64,000 nt of DNA from Eledone cirrhosa (Eukaryota): positions 8,060,001-8,124,000 of the forward strand of contig OZ024750.1 in NCBI GenBank assembly GCA_964016885.1. The letters run 5' to 3'. The notes under the pieces were generated by a model that made no database searches, was not told where the DNA came from, and saw only the letters and a list, made by a program, of their open reading frames with translations. Both the position numbers and the translations under genes were made by a program. Of this stretch, positions 14,820-27,999 are shown piece by piece (positions within the stretch are counted from its first letter, which is position 1; each line of letters opens with the position of its first letter).

Positions 14820-14944
14820 TGACTCTATTTTCTACTTCTTAAGAAGGGTTAAAACCCGACACGTCGGACTTTCTTTCCCATTGTCCATATAAAACGTGAA
14901 ACTAATAAGACATTTTGTACTTCTGATTTGACGTTCCCTTAAAC

Positions 14945-14946
<2 letters not shown>
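14820..14946 (+). mobile_element. Penelope-like 3' end with decayed hammerhead motif
   Basis: CTTAAGA-a-GGGTT-aa-AACCC-GACA-CGTC at 14838-14865 (two changes from the hammerhead core); tail ends at (TA)n; related copy at ~29875-29975. Confidence 0.5.
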
Positions 14947-14983
<37 letters not shown>

Positions 14984-15090
14984 TGTGTGTGTGTGTAATG
15001 AGAGAGTGTATATAATTTACATCCTTTTATGGACAACATATCAACACATAAGCATGCACACATAAACAAACACACATACCTATATATATA

Positions 15091-15238
15091 TTTGTTTTGC
15101 AAGGTTTTTGATATGAAATCGTGTGTTGAAACAAATATAGTTATACTTGGGGAGGGTCATATTGTGTGTAATATTGCCAGAAATAATAACAGAACTCACT
15201 CACAGTGAGTGTGTTCTGATATTATTTCTGGCAATATT
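15091..15238 (-). mobile_element. (TA)n-anchored element end with 34-bp inverted arm
   Basis: Arms 15170-15203 / 15205-15238 with 2 mismatches; 79-bp unpaired tail abuts (TA)n. Confidence 0.55.
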
Positions 15239-15532
15239 TCAGGTAGACGCACTCCATCATCCACTTTTCTAAAAAATAAATCATACACAAAACGGCAGCA
15301 CCAACAGTTTTGCAAGAGATGTCAACATGAATGGACCTGTTATTTTTGTTTAAAGACATTTTTTCCAATTCCAGCCCGCCCATCCCCTCAATCTATCTTA
15401 TTTCTCATCATTCTTTCCTCTGATGAAGGACTAGCGTCGGAAACGTTAAGACCCTCTTCCTGCTATATCAGGCGTTAACCTAATATATTCCTTCCATATA
15501 CTGTACCGATTGTGTTGTTATTTCTGTTTACC

Positions 15533-15538
<6 letters not shown>
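15239..15538 (+). mobile_element. Penelope-like 3' end with hammerhead motif
   Basis: Hammerhead core at 15420; last ~75 bp near-identical to 27926-27999; ends in a dinucleotide microsatellite. Confidence 0.65.
15420..15448 (+). ncRNA. Minimal hammerhead ribozyme motif (PLE type)
   Basis: CTGATGA-ag-GAC-tagc-GTC-g-GAAA-CGTT-A: intact CUGAUGA and GAAA cores, palindromic stem III (AACGTT); stem I weak. Confidence 0.6.
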
Positions 15539-15577
<39 letters not shown>

Positions 15578-15772
15578 GTAATAATAATAAATTCTTTGCT
15601 TAAACTTTAATCTGTTATTTTAATAAATATATATATATATATGTATTGTGTGTGTAATGAGAGTATGTATATAACGTTTATGGACACATATCAACACATA
15701 AGCATACACACATAAACAAACACATATACCTATATATATATATATACAATATATATATATATATATATATAT

Positions 15773-15957
15773 ATTGTTTCTACTTTTGGCACAAGGCCAG
15801 CAATTACCCAGTACATTACTGGTACTTTATTTTATCGACCCCGTAAGGATGAAAGGCAAAGTTGAACTCGGCGGGATTTGAATTCAGAATGGAAAGGGCC
15901 GTAACTCTATGCCTCAAAGCATGGTGTCTGACACTCTACCGATACTGCCAATCTACC
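15773..15957 (-). mobile_element. SINE family A, full length
   Basis: A-box, B-box, body and tail all present. Confidence 0.92.
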
Positions 15958-15959
15958 AT

Positions 15960-16050
15960 AATATAAAACGAAAAACTAGTGATGCATCTGAACTCAATTT
16001 ATTGTGTGTTACAATTGTTTCGCCGGCGGACAGCTCGAGGCACGATCATT
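15960..16050 (-). mobile_element. Probable Penelope-like tail (hammerhead 3' half plus AATAAA)
   Basis: Minus strand ggcGAAAC-AATT-GTA-acacac-AATAAA followed by a ~40-nt tail. Confidence 0.4.
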
Positions 16051-16644
16051 GTGTGGATCTGTCTGATTCTGGATCCGCTGGTTCGACGGACACGTCTAAT
16101 GATTTCTTAGCTACCATCACACACATACATACATACATACATACATACATACATACATACATACATACATACAAAACACACACACTATATATATATATGT
16201 GTGTTTGTGTATTGTTTAAGCTGTGAACTGCACTTCTAAAATTAATTGGCAGTGCTCATAAGTTGTTGACATTACAGAATATCTGTATTTAATAAATAGT
16301 ACTCGTCAAGGATTTTGATAAGAATCGATTAATTGTAACGTTGATTGAAGCTGACGCCATTTAGAATATTCCAAATGTCATTGGCTTTGATTTACAAGTA
16401 TGTTGCTGTTTCCAACCCTTCTTGTTTTTTTTTGTTTTTGTTTTTGTTTTTTTAGCAACGCATTCGGGCTTCAATAATAGGAAGCATAATAAGATATAGT
16501 ACTATATGTTATAGATATTGAATGATCAATTCATAAAATATATCCTATCAAATGTCACTGTAGATAACATCTTTAGATTAGTAGCATATATATATATATA
16601 TGTGTGTATATGTATGTGTGTGTGTATATATGTGTATGTATGTG

Positions 16645-16694
<50 letters not shown>

Positions 16695-17599
16695 TATATA
16701 TGTGTATGTGTATCTGTGTGCGAATGTGTTAGTGAGTGTATAAAAAGAGAAAAATCTAGACCAATCATCTCTTATACCACCTTTATATGATTACCATTTA
16801 TTGTGGGGGGGGGGGGGCATGATTTGTATAATCTTCTCAATTGCAACGGTACTTTTGCGTTGCTAAGATATGTGTCATGTGACAAACCACAAAGCCACAT
16901 CTTCTAGCTTCATTACATTGTAAAAACTGTGTTGCTAAGAGACAAAGGGAAACCTATTCGTTTCTCTCTACTACTCTACAGTATAAGTCTTGCATATTTC
17001 TCTACGCTGAAGCATAATGTATGTTGAGGTTTAATTAGAACAGAGAAGCATTTCGGTTATAGATTTAAATGAATTCAAGATACATTCATCCTCCTGTGGA
17101 CATTTCCTGCTTCCTGCTTCATGTTTATTAGACAGTACCATTAAACAAGTTCGTGTGAGGTGATCGGAGGCAGAGTATAATTTTCCCAGTAGGTAGCGTT
17201 TGGTCAAATGGAACTCTTTAACTTTGTATTAATAGAATGGTTGGTGTTTGGCCTAGATAGTTCCTTTTTAACACGCTTCTTAAGAAAGGTATTCCAGCTG
17301 TAACCTTTCATTTTCTCAGACACACTGCATCTAAACGTACTTAAAACAATGCATGTTAACATGAAAGCTGAGTGTTAACCCGTAAAACGTATGTTCACGA
17401 TTTCGAGCGGATAGAAATAGCAGCCAATCTCTTTCAGATTGCATCTCGTCGGTTCTAGAAAAAGAATCACATGAAATATTGTACTTATAAAGACCGGTTT
17501 GCCAAGGGTAGAATGTTTTAAATGAAAGGTCTTCTTGATATGCGAGTACTTGAGGCAGGAGATCAACATTAAATTATTTATTCTTTCATATTTACGACA

Positions 17600-17700
17600 G
17601 TAGGGATGATGAATGAGTAGTTGAGGACTCTGCCCCCATGACCCCCTCAGGAATAAGTGGGTGAAGAAGAAGAACGAGGAGGAGAAGAAGTGGAAGGAGG
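17600..17700 (+). mobile_element. RTE-clade LINE 3' terminus fragment
   Basis: ttgaggactctgcccccatgacccctcag...(GAA)n tail; matches the reverse complement of 28270-28325. Confidence 0.6.
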
Positions 17701-20524
17701 AGAAGGGTGTATGATAAATTGAAGCAGTTTTGACTGCTATTTCTGGGCGGGCGAGTGACCACGTTAGATTAATGACTTTAGAATATTGTATTAATGAGTT
17801 TAGAATATAGTATTTGTTCAATATTTTATTTTTGTTTTCTAACTTAGGAGTTTAAGTTTTTGCCAATAAAATAATGGTTTCTTATTTAAAGTGAGCAGAA
17901 GTATATTTTACGTCTTCTATCTCTACTATAATATTATCTCCTCCGCCTCTAAACTTACTAAAGCTGCCATTTTCATTTACATTTCATCAGCAGATTTTGT
18001 CTTTTACAGTTTTCTATCTTAACAGCACATGACCTTTCAGTACTATCTAGTAAACAGTTTACACAGAACGCGTTCTCCTTCTACATCACCCCCTCCCTCA
18101 CTCCCTCTCTCGATCTTTACATGGCTGTCCTTGTATTCCCTATAGTTACTAATCAGAAGCAATCTAAAGTAAACAACAATCGCACTAAGCACAACAAAAT
18201 CACAGAAGGAACATCAAACACAACCATTGGCTATGGCTGTTTTATCAAACTATGAAACGCAATGTATAAAAGATAGTGTCGATCTAAGAGAGACATTGAG
18301 TAGTTGTACAGAAAATATTATTTGCAAAGATTTGTAGTATTGTAAAGATAGATTGAGCTAGTGGCATAGTTAGGTTTTGGTTTTCTATTCAGGTGAATTG
18401 AGCGTGATATCGATCTCGGATTGCTAATGCTCTCGGTTGTGAAAACAACTCGTGATATACGGGGGAAAATGATAGTGTGTACTAACTAGGTGTTTTTGTC
18501 TCGGGAATCCGTCTGCAATACATAAAATAAGATAGTACATACATGAGCGTGTCACTGTGGATTCAAAATATGTGACCTATTGTAATATAAGTGGGTGTAA
18601 TTGTATTTGATAAGTTGAATGGTAAATATTGATTTCCTATGTCAACACAATAAAATTTCAGATTTATCTACAATACAAGGAAATGAAACGCTATGACGTT
18701 CATGCCTTTATCAAGAGCTTTTATAATTTCTTTATATTCTTCATGAACAACATGGCGGCCTATTTGTTGTAAACGAAACGGTTTCCACGTTCCATTTTGT
18801 CCAAAAGAAGAAATAGTTAGTCATATGACTGAAAAGCTAATCAATGCCACAGACTGTGGTTAGGGTATCCACAACAACGATGTGAGGTTGCTTGCGTTGT
18901 AATCATTAACCAAATAAGCCAATTCAGTGAAAATAGAAGGACCCTACCCACAACGTTATATGATCTTACTTTGCAGTACATAAATTTAGCTTATTTTGCG
19001 ATTGTTGTTGTTCTTCAGATAGCTAATATATATATAAAACGTTGAGGAATGGACATATTATGTCAGGCTATCTTCTCCAACAAATCTAGCGAGTGTAATT
19101 TACAAAATGTAATTACTAGGAAATCAATTTAGTAATTCACCTCGACGAACTCAATAATTCTGATTTTATTCTAGTTAACCCAAGACTGTTACCACAAATT
19201 ACCAGCTGAGTGCTAACCCGTAAAACATATGTCCATGATTTCTAAAGGAAAAAAAACGGAGGCTAAGATCGTTTTGAAAAATTACAAAAAATGTCGAATG
19301 GAGAGATATTAATCTCAGTTTAGAGAGTGTACATATAAAGCTATATAAATTATTCCAGTATTATCTGAATGAATGAATAATATAGCATATTGAACCATCT
19401 TTTGTCAAGCTAAACGAAAGTTACGCAACAAAAAGAAGACAAAACATACTGAGAGAAAGGTCATTGAACGAGAAGCAATAGTTTCAAATCCCCCCCCCCC
19501 TCGACCCTCATAGCGTGGGCAATGTTTTTTTTGCACTCGGCATATAGAGCGCTCTTCAAGAATTGGTAGTTAGCATGATCCCAGCAGCTAAGACAAAATA
19601 CCAATTTTTCCGTGCCATGTGCAGAAACTTCTGTCAGTGGCTTCCTCAGAAATGCAGTCAACTGAAGCTTTGTTTTTTTAATGAAACTATAAATAATGCA
19701 TTTGAAAAAAGAAATACACAGAGAAGACAAGTACGTAGTTCACAATATGTTCAGAAAACGAAAGGAACAGCTTTCATTTTTATTCAAATTTATAGAATAC
19801 ATGTGCACGTACTTGCAAACGATTACTTGCTATGCAATAGTTGCAAAGCAGCAACAGTGTTTTGTACAGTTTCTGAGAAACCATTCTTTTTCTCGCTCAT
19901 GTTTTATTCTCCATCTTATATTTTCTCTTCTTTGTCTCTCTCACTCTCACTTTTTTGTCTTTTATTCTCTTTTACACACATATCAAGTGGCCATTTTTCA
20001 AAGTCCGTTACATCGTGAATAACCAGAGAAATAGTTGACACTCACTTCACGTCCATCAACAGTATATAGACGCTAATATCGCCCATAACAATAAATAAGA
20101 AAAAAACGTTAGAGGTTTTCATATACGATTTAAGTAAAACTGTATAGTTACCGACCTGCAAGCATTGGGGGAAACCAAGCTGTATGGTGAAATGGTCAAG
20201 TGCTTACATTTATTGTATATTGTAATATTTCACGCCAGCAAATTCAAAGACTGTATTTTCTGCATTCATAATAAGATTGATCACCAAACATTTTTTTTTC
20301 ATACAACTACATTTTTAAAACTAAACCATGTCATGTGCATTCGTAGTACTATTATCATCGTAATTTATAAATACGCTGCTTACCCCCTCAAAATAAAGGT
20401 AAAAGGTGGTTTGTTTTTTGATTTGACAGAGGTTCCATTTTTCACTGCTTGTTAAGAAGTGAGAAGTTTGTCTTTCCACCTCACCATAGCACAATACCAT
20501 GGCTTTAGCGTCAGCGTAACACAC

Positions 20525-20560
<36 letters not shown>

Positions 20561-21029
20561 TATATAGAGAAGAAAGTACAAATAGGTATGTGTTTAATTA
20601 TAGGGGATAGAAAACCACTAGAGTGAAAAAAAAGTCTACGGAAGGAATGGAAAATACATATCAATTAAAAGAATAAATCAAAATGCACAAACCAACCTTT
20701 TATACCTATAAACAACTGGGAAAACTCTAATAAGAGAATGTTTCACCATAAAAAATGAGGATTCCATACCGCTCAGGACTTATCAACAGGTGAAAGACAG
20801 TATGGTCCACACTGCTAAAACTGCATCAGATAACTAAAATAACGCACATGGTGAAAGGGGAAGAAGACACGCGAGCTACATAGTCCATAGTGGTGTGAAT
20901 GGATCGAAAGACTGTATTATAAAGAGCCCGGCATCTATTCCTTGAGCTCATGAAATTACAGGAGATTATCGCGAGCTCTTAACTCCGTTTTTTAATTTTT
21001 TATATATATATATATATATATATTTAGAT

Positions 21030-21186
21030 TCAGAAGTTCCCGTTAAGGGTGAAAGCAGCGATTTCTTTGCTTAAAGTTTAATGTTATTTTAATAAATATT
21101 TGCTCTATTGTTTTATACATTTTGATATCTATATATCCTTATCGAGCCCTCTTCGGATTTTAGTCTTCACATTTATTATTATTAAT
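21030..21186 (+). mobile_element. Penelope-like terminal repeat in (TA)n (same family as 52066-52296)
   Basis: Colinear with the reverse complement of 52066-52223; starts at tcagaag; (TA)n on both sides. Confidence 0.7.
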
Positions 21187-22816
21187 ATTATATATATATA
21201 TATTATCAAAGTCCCTGCAGTTGTGTCGTGGACAAAACGGAAAAACTGACATTTCTCGACACCGAACTACTTTAGATCACTCTGCCCCAAATGCATTAAT
21301 CTTGTATGATTCCTTGCACAACTGGGCTTGCAACATATAAGTTCATATATGTACAAACAGCACAGGTTTCTTTTTTCTAACAAGACCGCGATAGATGTGC
21401 ATATAGATGTACATGTTTAATATATTTAAACATATAAACGTTTGTTTATGTGTTTCTGCGTTTATTGATTGATAAAAGACTAATAGCTTCAGTGAGGCTT
21501 CGATCCTTGTTGAGATCTTCATCAGGGAGTGTCTACTTCCCTTACAATCCACATATATATATATCCAACCGACATGGCAGAACTAGTGAACTGGATATAC
21601 TGATTCGCTACAATTTAACGTATACAAGGATTAACTATGATGTCAGTTTATCCCATTATATATTTAATCCTGCACAAATCAGCCGAAGGATACTATAAAT
21701 TCATATTTGAGAAACAATACAAGCAAAGTTGAGTTCGAAAATTTTGAGCAATGATAATCAAAACAAATGCCGTAGTGTATTGTTGTATTCTGCGCTCTAA
21801 TGACTCTGGAAGTTCGCTAATTTGATTGATTATCGGTCTCAGATTTCTTGCTATGATGTATATATCTCCAATGTTATATATAAATGAAATTTTAGGCGAA
21901 CGGGTAGAATGTTGGATTCGCAAACTGTACGGTTTATGAACAAATTTCTGTCAGTGTATATACGTGTCAATCCACGAAATGTTAGTGGAATTGGGTAGAT
22001 GAACACTGCAGAAGACCGTTATTTGATCTGTGCCTGTAATTCAGAGCACCAACTTGTCACACACTGTGTAATGTTATGTCTGTCTAAGGGATTCATTTTC
22101 TTTACAAATGTTTTTAAAATACACTTTAATTTGTAATATCATACAATAATTATACAGTTTCGATGTTTGAACAACTGGAACACTGATTAACGATATCGAC
22201 GCGAGATCAATCATATATAGAATATGCACTACCCGTAATTGATTGGACTTTGTAAATTGAAAGTGATTTTATATTGTAGATATTACTATAGATGCTTAAT
22301 TTATGCACTTGTGATTGATTTTATAGTACGGAAGAGTGTCATATGTAATTTTCTCTTTGACGCACTAATGAGGTAATTTAGCTTCATATATTATCTTTAA
22401 GGAAAGAGAGATTATTCATTTGAAATTATACACGTAGTGGTCAGTGTCTTACATTTCCAGTAAAAGAGATTGACAGGGCTGCTTTTTGTAGAATTAAGCA
22501 GATGAGAATTAAATCCATTCCGAATAGCAAGCATATATAAATATGAGGATATTTCTCGGAAGGAAACAAATCATCAACGAGGTAAACACACACCAATTCC
22601 ACAGTATGGCAGCTGCTAATATTAGTTACGTATATAACCTATTCACATGGTACAATACTAATTACTATGTTCATTATTTAAACAGTTCTCAAACATTTTA
22701 ATCAAACATCTACGCTATTTGCAATTAACCCAGTGCTTCAACATCATGGACATAGAGTATAGTGTAGTGTTAAGATTGTAAATGCGGAGAACTTACAACT
22801 GCATGTATATATATAT

Positions 22817-23410
22817 ATGGTGGCTGCCAACTCGTTTTCGAGTACGGCCACTACTTTATATCAATGTAGGAGAACCCCTACCAATGCGCTGAACGAGTGT
22901 GACTTTTTAGTCCAGCCAGCGACTTGAAAACTCTGGTACAAACACTACACTTGTGACAACTATTGACACAGTGCTGGGCCCATGGTACCATGTGACGAAA
23001 AGTGCAGAGAGATCTCCAGATATAAAGCAATGCCTGTGCCGTGAAGCTTTTATAGTGAGCAAAGGCACTGCACAAAGCCAGTCCCACTCTCTTAACCAAG
23101 ATGATATTTACCAAAAAGAACATGTCAACATCATTGGATACCATTAGGATTTCAGGTGTCATATCAGAGTTTTCCTTCTCCTAGAATTCTGCCTTGACAA
23201 AGGCTAAGGGGTCATCTCTCGCGGTGATTTTGGATGGCCATTGACTCTTAAGAGCTCCTTTGCCCTTTGACAGGTTTTGTTTTTAGTCCTGCAGGATGTC
23301 CAAAGTCACCCTCCTCACCAAGAAACCTTGGTGGGGTTGCCACTTTAGTCGCCAACGACCCGACCATGAGACAGGTTGTACTGAGATACATGTTACCAGT
23401 AACACCAACT
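22817..23410 (-). mobile_element. Bipartite non-autonomous RTE-like retroelement, copy 1
   Basis: RTE-5'UTR-like ctaggagaaggaaaactctga; 3' end encodes CSVCTRVFKSLAGLKSHTRSAH (RTE C-terminal C2H2); no RT; TSD caactgcatgtatatatatata at 22796-22817 and 23406-23427. Confidence 0.75.
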
Positions 23411-23537
23411 GCATGTATATATATATACATGCAGTTTTTCTTTGATACAAATTCTGATTGCTTGTGTTGCTGTTGCTCTTCCTAGAAATATTTCTTCCGC
23501 ACTTCGGCACTCTCTTCACTTACTGCCAATCCACATG

Positions 23538-23724
23538 GATAAATTAGTATCAGTAGAGGGTTGGACGCCATGCTTTGCAGCATAGAGTTATGGCCCTTTA
23601 TGGTCTAAGTTCAAATCCTACCGAGGTTAACTTTGCCTTTCATCCTTACGGGGTGGATAAAATAAAGTACCAGTAATGCACTGGGATAATTGCTGGCCTT
23701 GTGCTAAAAGTAGAAACAATTATT
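23538..23724 (+). mobile_element. SINE family A
   Basis: B-box gttcaaatcc, conserved body and tail. Confidence 0.9.
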
Positions 23725-23734
23725 ATCTTCATTA

Positions 23735-25850
23735 GACTTCATGTCATCCATATAAAGTAAACAGTTTCCCATCGTCCCCTCAACATTGTAGCAACTCCGT
23801 GTACAGTTTAGAGGTTAATTGCATACGATATGAACCAGATAGCATGAAAGTGTTGATAACTAAACACTTTAACTAAACACTTCATTTTTAATATGAATTT
23901 TCTCACATTTTAGGACATCTTTCTATTATACTTATTATTTGGATTTGTGAGTGCTACTTTCCATGAATTCTATATCCAATGACAGTCAATCTAGATCTAC
24001 ATTGTCTCAATGCACTAAGAAATGTGTACGCTGTCATGCACCTTATTATAAGTTGCCTATACAGTATATGGATCTACCTGCAGTCTCCTAATGTTGTCTC
24101 GTTTATCAGTATATAATATTTACTGCAAATAATTTCTTCTCCAATATCTTCATCCTTCGGGTAACATATTATTTCTATTACTGATATTTCTTCTTAATAT
24201 CGATGTTAGCGTCTTATTGATAAATTAGACTGATATATGATTGCCTGTAGTTCTTAGGGTCATTCATAACTGCGGTTTCCTCAAAGAAAATTGTTTTCCT
24301 TGCTTCAAACATAAAGATGTTTTGGATTCAAACATTTCATTAAAGATTTGGCTTTCGTATAAATCGGTACATTATCCAGAGATATTGAATTTTGTTTTCT
24401 CTAGTTTATTTCCAATTGCTTCTTCCTTTCATAGCTTTCAATATATTTGGCGCCACAGGTTTTACATATTAATTTCGTCCTAAGGGTTAATTACATATGT
24501 ATGTGGTTTTTCTAATACCCATTATATTCTCGAAATATTTCTAGATTCATTTTAATTAGCGAATCATTTACTTCTAATGTTGACTTATAAAATTCTTTGC
24601 AAAAGATTCATTTTGTCTTCCAGAAAATGTTTCAATTTGTTCATCCATCTTCGTTTTTGTTTTTTCAATTATTTGTATTCTCTACATGTTGTTTTTCTAC
24701 TCTTTAATTAATATTGCTTTTGTGATTCACTTGAACCTTAAGCTTTCCATCTTGCTGATTTTGTGTACATGTGTGGCGAGCGTGTGTGGTATTTTTGTGT
24801 ATCTTTTGCGGGATCTCTCACACAGAAGTTATTATATTTTCTTTTGCGAGATATCTCTTGTTAAATCGGTCCATAACGAAACAGGGTTTGTTTTAGATGT
24901 TTTAATTTTCTGCCTTATTTTCTGCTCTAGTTATTATAAACGCTGTGATGTATATTATTTAGTTGAAGGCTGCTATATCTATTTGGTTTATTTGTTCTGT
25001 AATTATCTCTAATGCATGGTTAGCTCGTTTAATTAGGTTTTTGTTTTTAATGCTATGTAATATTTTATTGGATTGTAATATGTCTTTAATTTGTGAAAGT
25101 TGTAAAGCAAAAGTTTCCTCTTCAACTTAATGCCTGGTTTGCTTTATCATATTTTCTAAGTCATTGAATTCATTCGTGTTTGAATTATTATAATTATTAC
25201 TTGGAAGCGTTTGATTTAGAGCCGTCTGTAGTTTGTTTATTGTTACTTCATCTCTATTGTGCAGTTGAATTCATTGTGTTGCCTTTGTCTTCCGGTCAGC
25301 TCTGCTGTGTTTTTAGTGTGGGTTGTGTTCCATTACATTTTCTTAATATGTCTTCTTTTTTATATTTTGTTGATAATCAAAAGTTAATCTGTTCTTTTTA
25401 AATTGTCTCTCTCACTACACGTTTGATAATTTTATGCTATTTATTTGTGAGTGAATCTCGGGATTGGTTTTTCACCAGATTTGCTAAATTGATTAGATGA
25501 TATTACCCAACTAGCGTGGTAGTACACAAAGCTTCTACGCCCTCTATATTTGTCTCTCGTTCATTTTTCTTTTTGTTTAATTCGTTTATGGGTCAGATTA
25601 TATCTCATGTCGGTCCATATGGCTAAGTCAGATTTTTCGAATTGTTTACGTGTTTATTTTACGATATCTTATATTTAGTGAATCGCGTTGATACGTTGGT
25701 GGGTTGTATGATTTAAACAGCGAACTGTCGATATATTTTCCAGTGAATATCGCTGTTGATTTTATTGACTTGTTGGATATACTCAGACTTTTCAAGGATT
25801 GGGCGGCTAAAAATGGTGCAGTCACTTGTCTCATTTTGCCGAATGCTTAG
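23735..25850 (-). mobile_element. Decayed non-LTR retrotransposon (R4/Dong-like RT)
   Basis: Minus-strand LLYMDDMK (YMDD at 23743-23754) and DPKNYRQ (24241-24261); many stops; upstream limit uncertain. Confidence 0.55.
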
Positions 25851-27111
25851 TTTACACTTAATGTTAAACTCTCTTTTTATTTTGTTTTATAATTGACAGC
25901 CAAGCTCATGGATGTTATCCAACTATCTTGCTGGGTCTCCTGTCGGTTGGTTTTGCCCGTAGAATCTGTCCATGGATTCGTTCCTGAAGCATTTTAACCC
26001 CATGCCGATACTATTGGAGCTGTGCTCTCTCAATTATAATTCTTTTGGGTACATCTCTTTAAATTATTTGCTTAAAAGTACACCATTAATTGCGAGGAAA
26101 CTGAAATTATGTTGGAAAACCATATCTATTTTATTAATTAAATTTATTATAGTTTCTCATAATTAAATATTATATGTTGTCCAATAAGTATAGAGAAAAG
26201 GCTATGATATGTACATCCATAGAGACTGATTTATTGTCTTTTAATTTCATTACTGTTACCAAAAATGCAAATTAATTAGTTACCTAATAGTTATAATTAA
26301 GAAAATTTTACATCGATAATTTATATCATTTATGTTACTGCCCTCTCTCCAATCGTCCACAGGATATGTAAATAACTTATATTTTCCCCACCTTTAAACA
26401 CAGTATCCATCTTTTTATCAGTTTGTCAGTTAATTCATTGTATATTATTTTCATATAAAACCTGCTGAAGTCACGCATTTATATATCTTGAATTTACCCT
26501 TTACTCTAAATCAACGTTGTCAAATTAAGTTATGCTGTGCCATTAGTTTGTAATACCAGAAAAATGTTGATTTTTTTTTTTTTTTTTTTTTATTATTATT
26601 TCTTTCACAAAATTTATTTATCCTATTTTTACCTGACTCTATATTAATTTAAATGCAGATTAATTCTGGCTTGATTTTTGTTCACTTACTTTGTAGAATA
26701 TGTTCTCTATCTAATAACCAATCTATGTTGAGTTAATATATTTGGAATATATTAGGTGGGAAGTAGAATATAGGTAATTCAATTTCTATATTTGCAACTA
26801 GGAATATGCATATTAGCTAATGCTTCATTTTATATTCTTTGTATTTCACATTTTTTTTCATATTGGTGTGAAACTGTCATCACCTAAAATATTAATTATT
26901 CCTTGCCATAATATTAACGTTATAAATCTTGCTGGTGAATCCTACGTTGTTTGTCGTTTTATCAATTCATACACGTACACATGTTTTTTTATGTTCTGTA
27001 TTTACATTGATAAAATCACTCACATAGTTACATGTATGCAAACACATACACACAGAGACATATATATATGTATATGTGGGTGTATGTATATATATATATA
27101 TATATACATAT

Positions 27112-27721
27112 GGATGTCAGGTCACCAGTTGGTGCTACTGGTAACATGTATCCCAGTACAACCTGTCTCATGGTCGAGTCGTTGGCGACTAAACTGGCAA
27201 CCCCACCAAGGTTTCTTGGTGAGGAGGGTGACTTTGGACATCCTGCAGGACTAAAAACAAAACCTGTCAAAGGGCAAAGGAGCTCTTAAGAGTCAATGGC
27301 CATCCAAAATCACCGGGAGAGATGACCCCTTAGCCTTTGTCAAGGCAGAATTCTAGGAGAAGGAAAACTCTGATATAACACCTGCAACCCTGATGGTATC
27401 CAATGATGTTGACTTGTTCTTCTTTTTGGTAAATATCATCTTGGTTAAGAGAGTGGAACTGGCTTTGTGCAGTGCCTTTGCTCACTATAAAAGCTTCACG
27501 GCACAGGTATTGCTTTATATCTGGAAATCTCTCTGCACTTGTCGTCACATGGTACCATGGGCCCAGCACTATGTGTCAATAATAGTCACAAGTGTAGTGT
27601 TTGTACCAGAGTTTTCAAGTCGCTGGCTGGACTAAAAAGTCACACTCGTTCAGCGCATCGGTAGGGGTTCTCCTACGTGGATATAAAGTAGTGGCCGTAC
27701 TCGAAAACGAGTTGGCAGCCA

Positions 27722-27724
<3 letters not shown>
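27112..27724 (+). mobile_element. Bipartite non-autonomous RTE-like retroelement, copy 2
   Basis: More than 90% similar by eye to the reverse complement of 22817-23410; ends in (TA)n. Confidence 0.78.
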
Positions 27725-27775
<51 letters not shown>

Positions 27776-27777
<2 letters not shown>

Positions 27778-27999
27778 GTGAACCTAATACTAACGCTGTT
27801 GTACTGCAATCTTCGTTATTGTTTTTTTTTCTTTTGTTTTTAACTTTATATATATATATATACTTAACAAATGGAACAAAATAAACACAGGAACCAAAAT
27901 AGCACAGTTATATTAGGTTCATGGTATATCAAGCGATAACCTAATATATACCTTCCATATACTGTACCGATTGTGTTGTTATTTCTGTTTACCTTTTAC
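27776..27999. mobile_element. Cluster of three short Penelope-like tails (+, -, +) in one (TA)n tract
   Basis: Each has aacctaata followed by a T-rich tail ending at TA repeats; third matches 15462-15538. Confidence 0.55.

Noticed and set aside
19563-20022. 151-aa and 108-aa ORFs
   Set aside because: No recognisable motif; low-complexity pyrimidine-rich end; no consistent splice signals
22878-23162. C2H2 zinc-finger gene
   Set aside because: Single finger at the 3' end of a repeated retroelement with a TSD; typical RTE ORF terminus
22817-27724. Composite DNA transposon with 600-bp TIRs
   Set aside because: Copy 1 has its own TSD and both copies have retro-type 3' ends, so they are independent insertions
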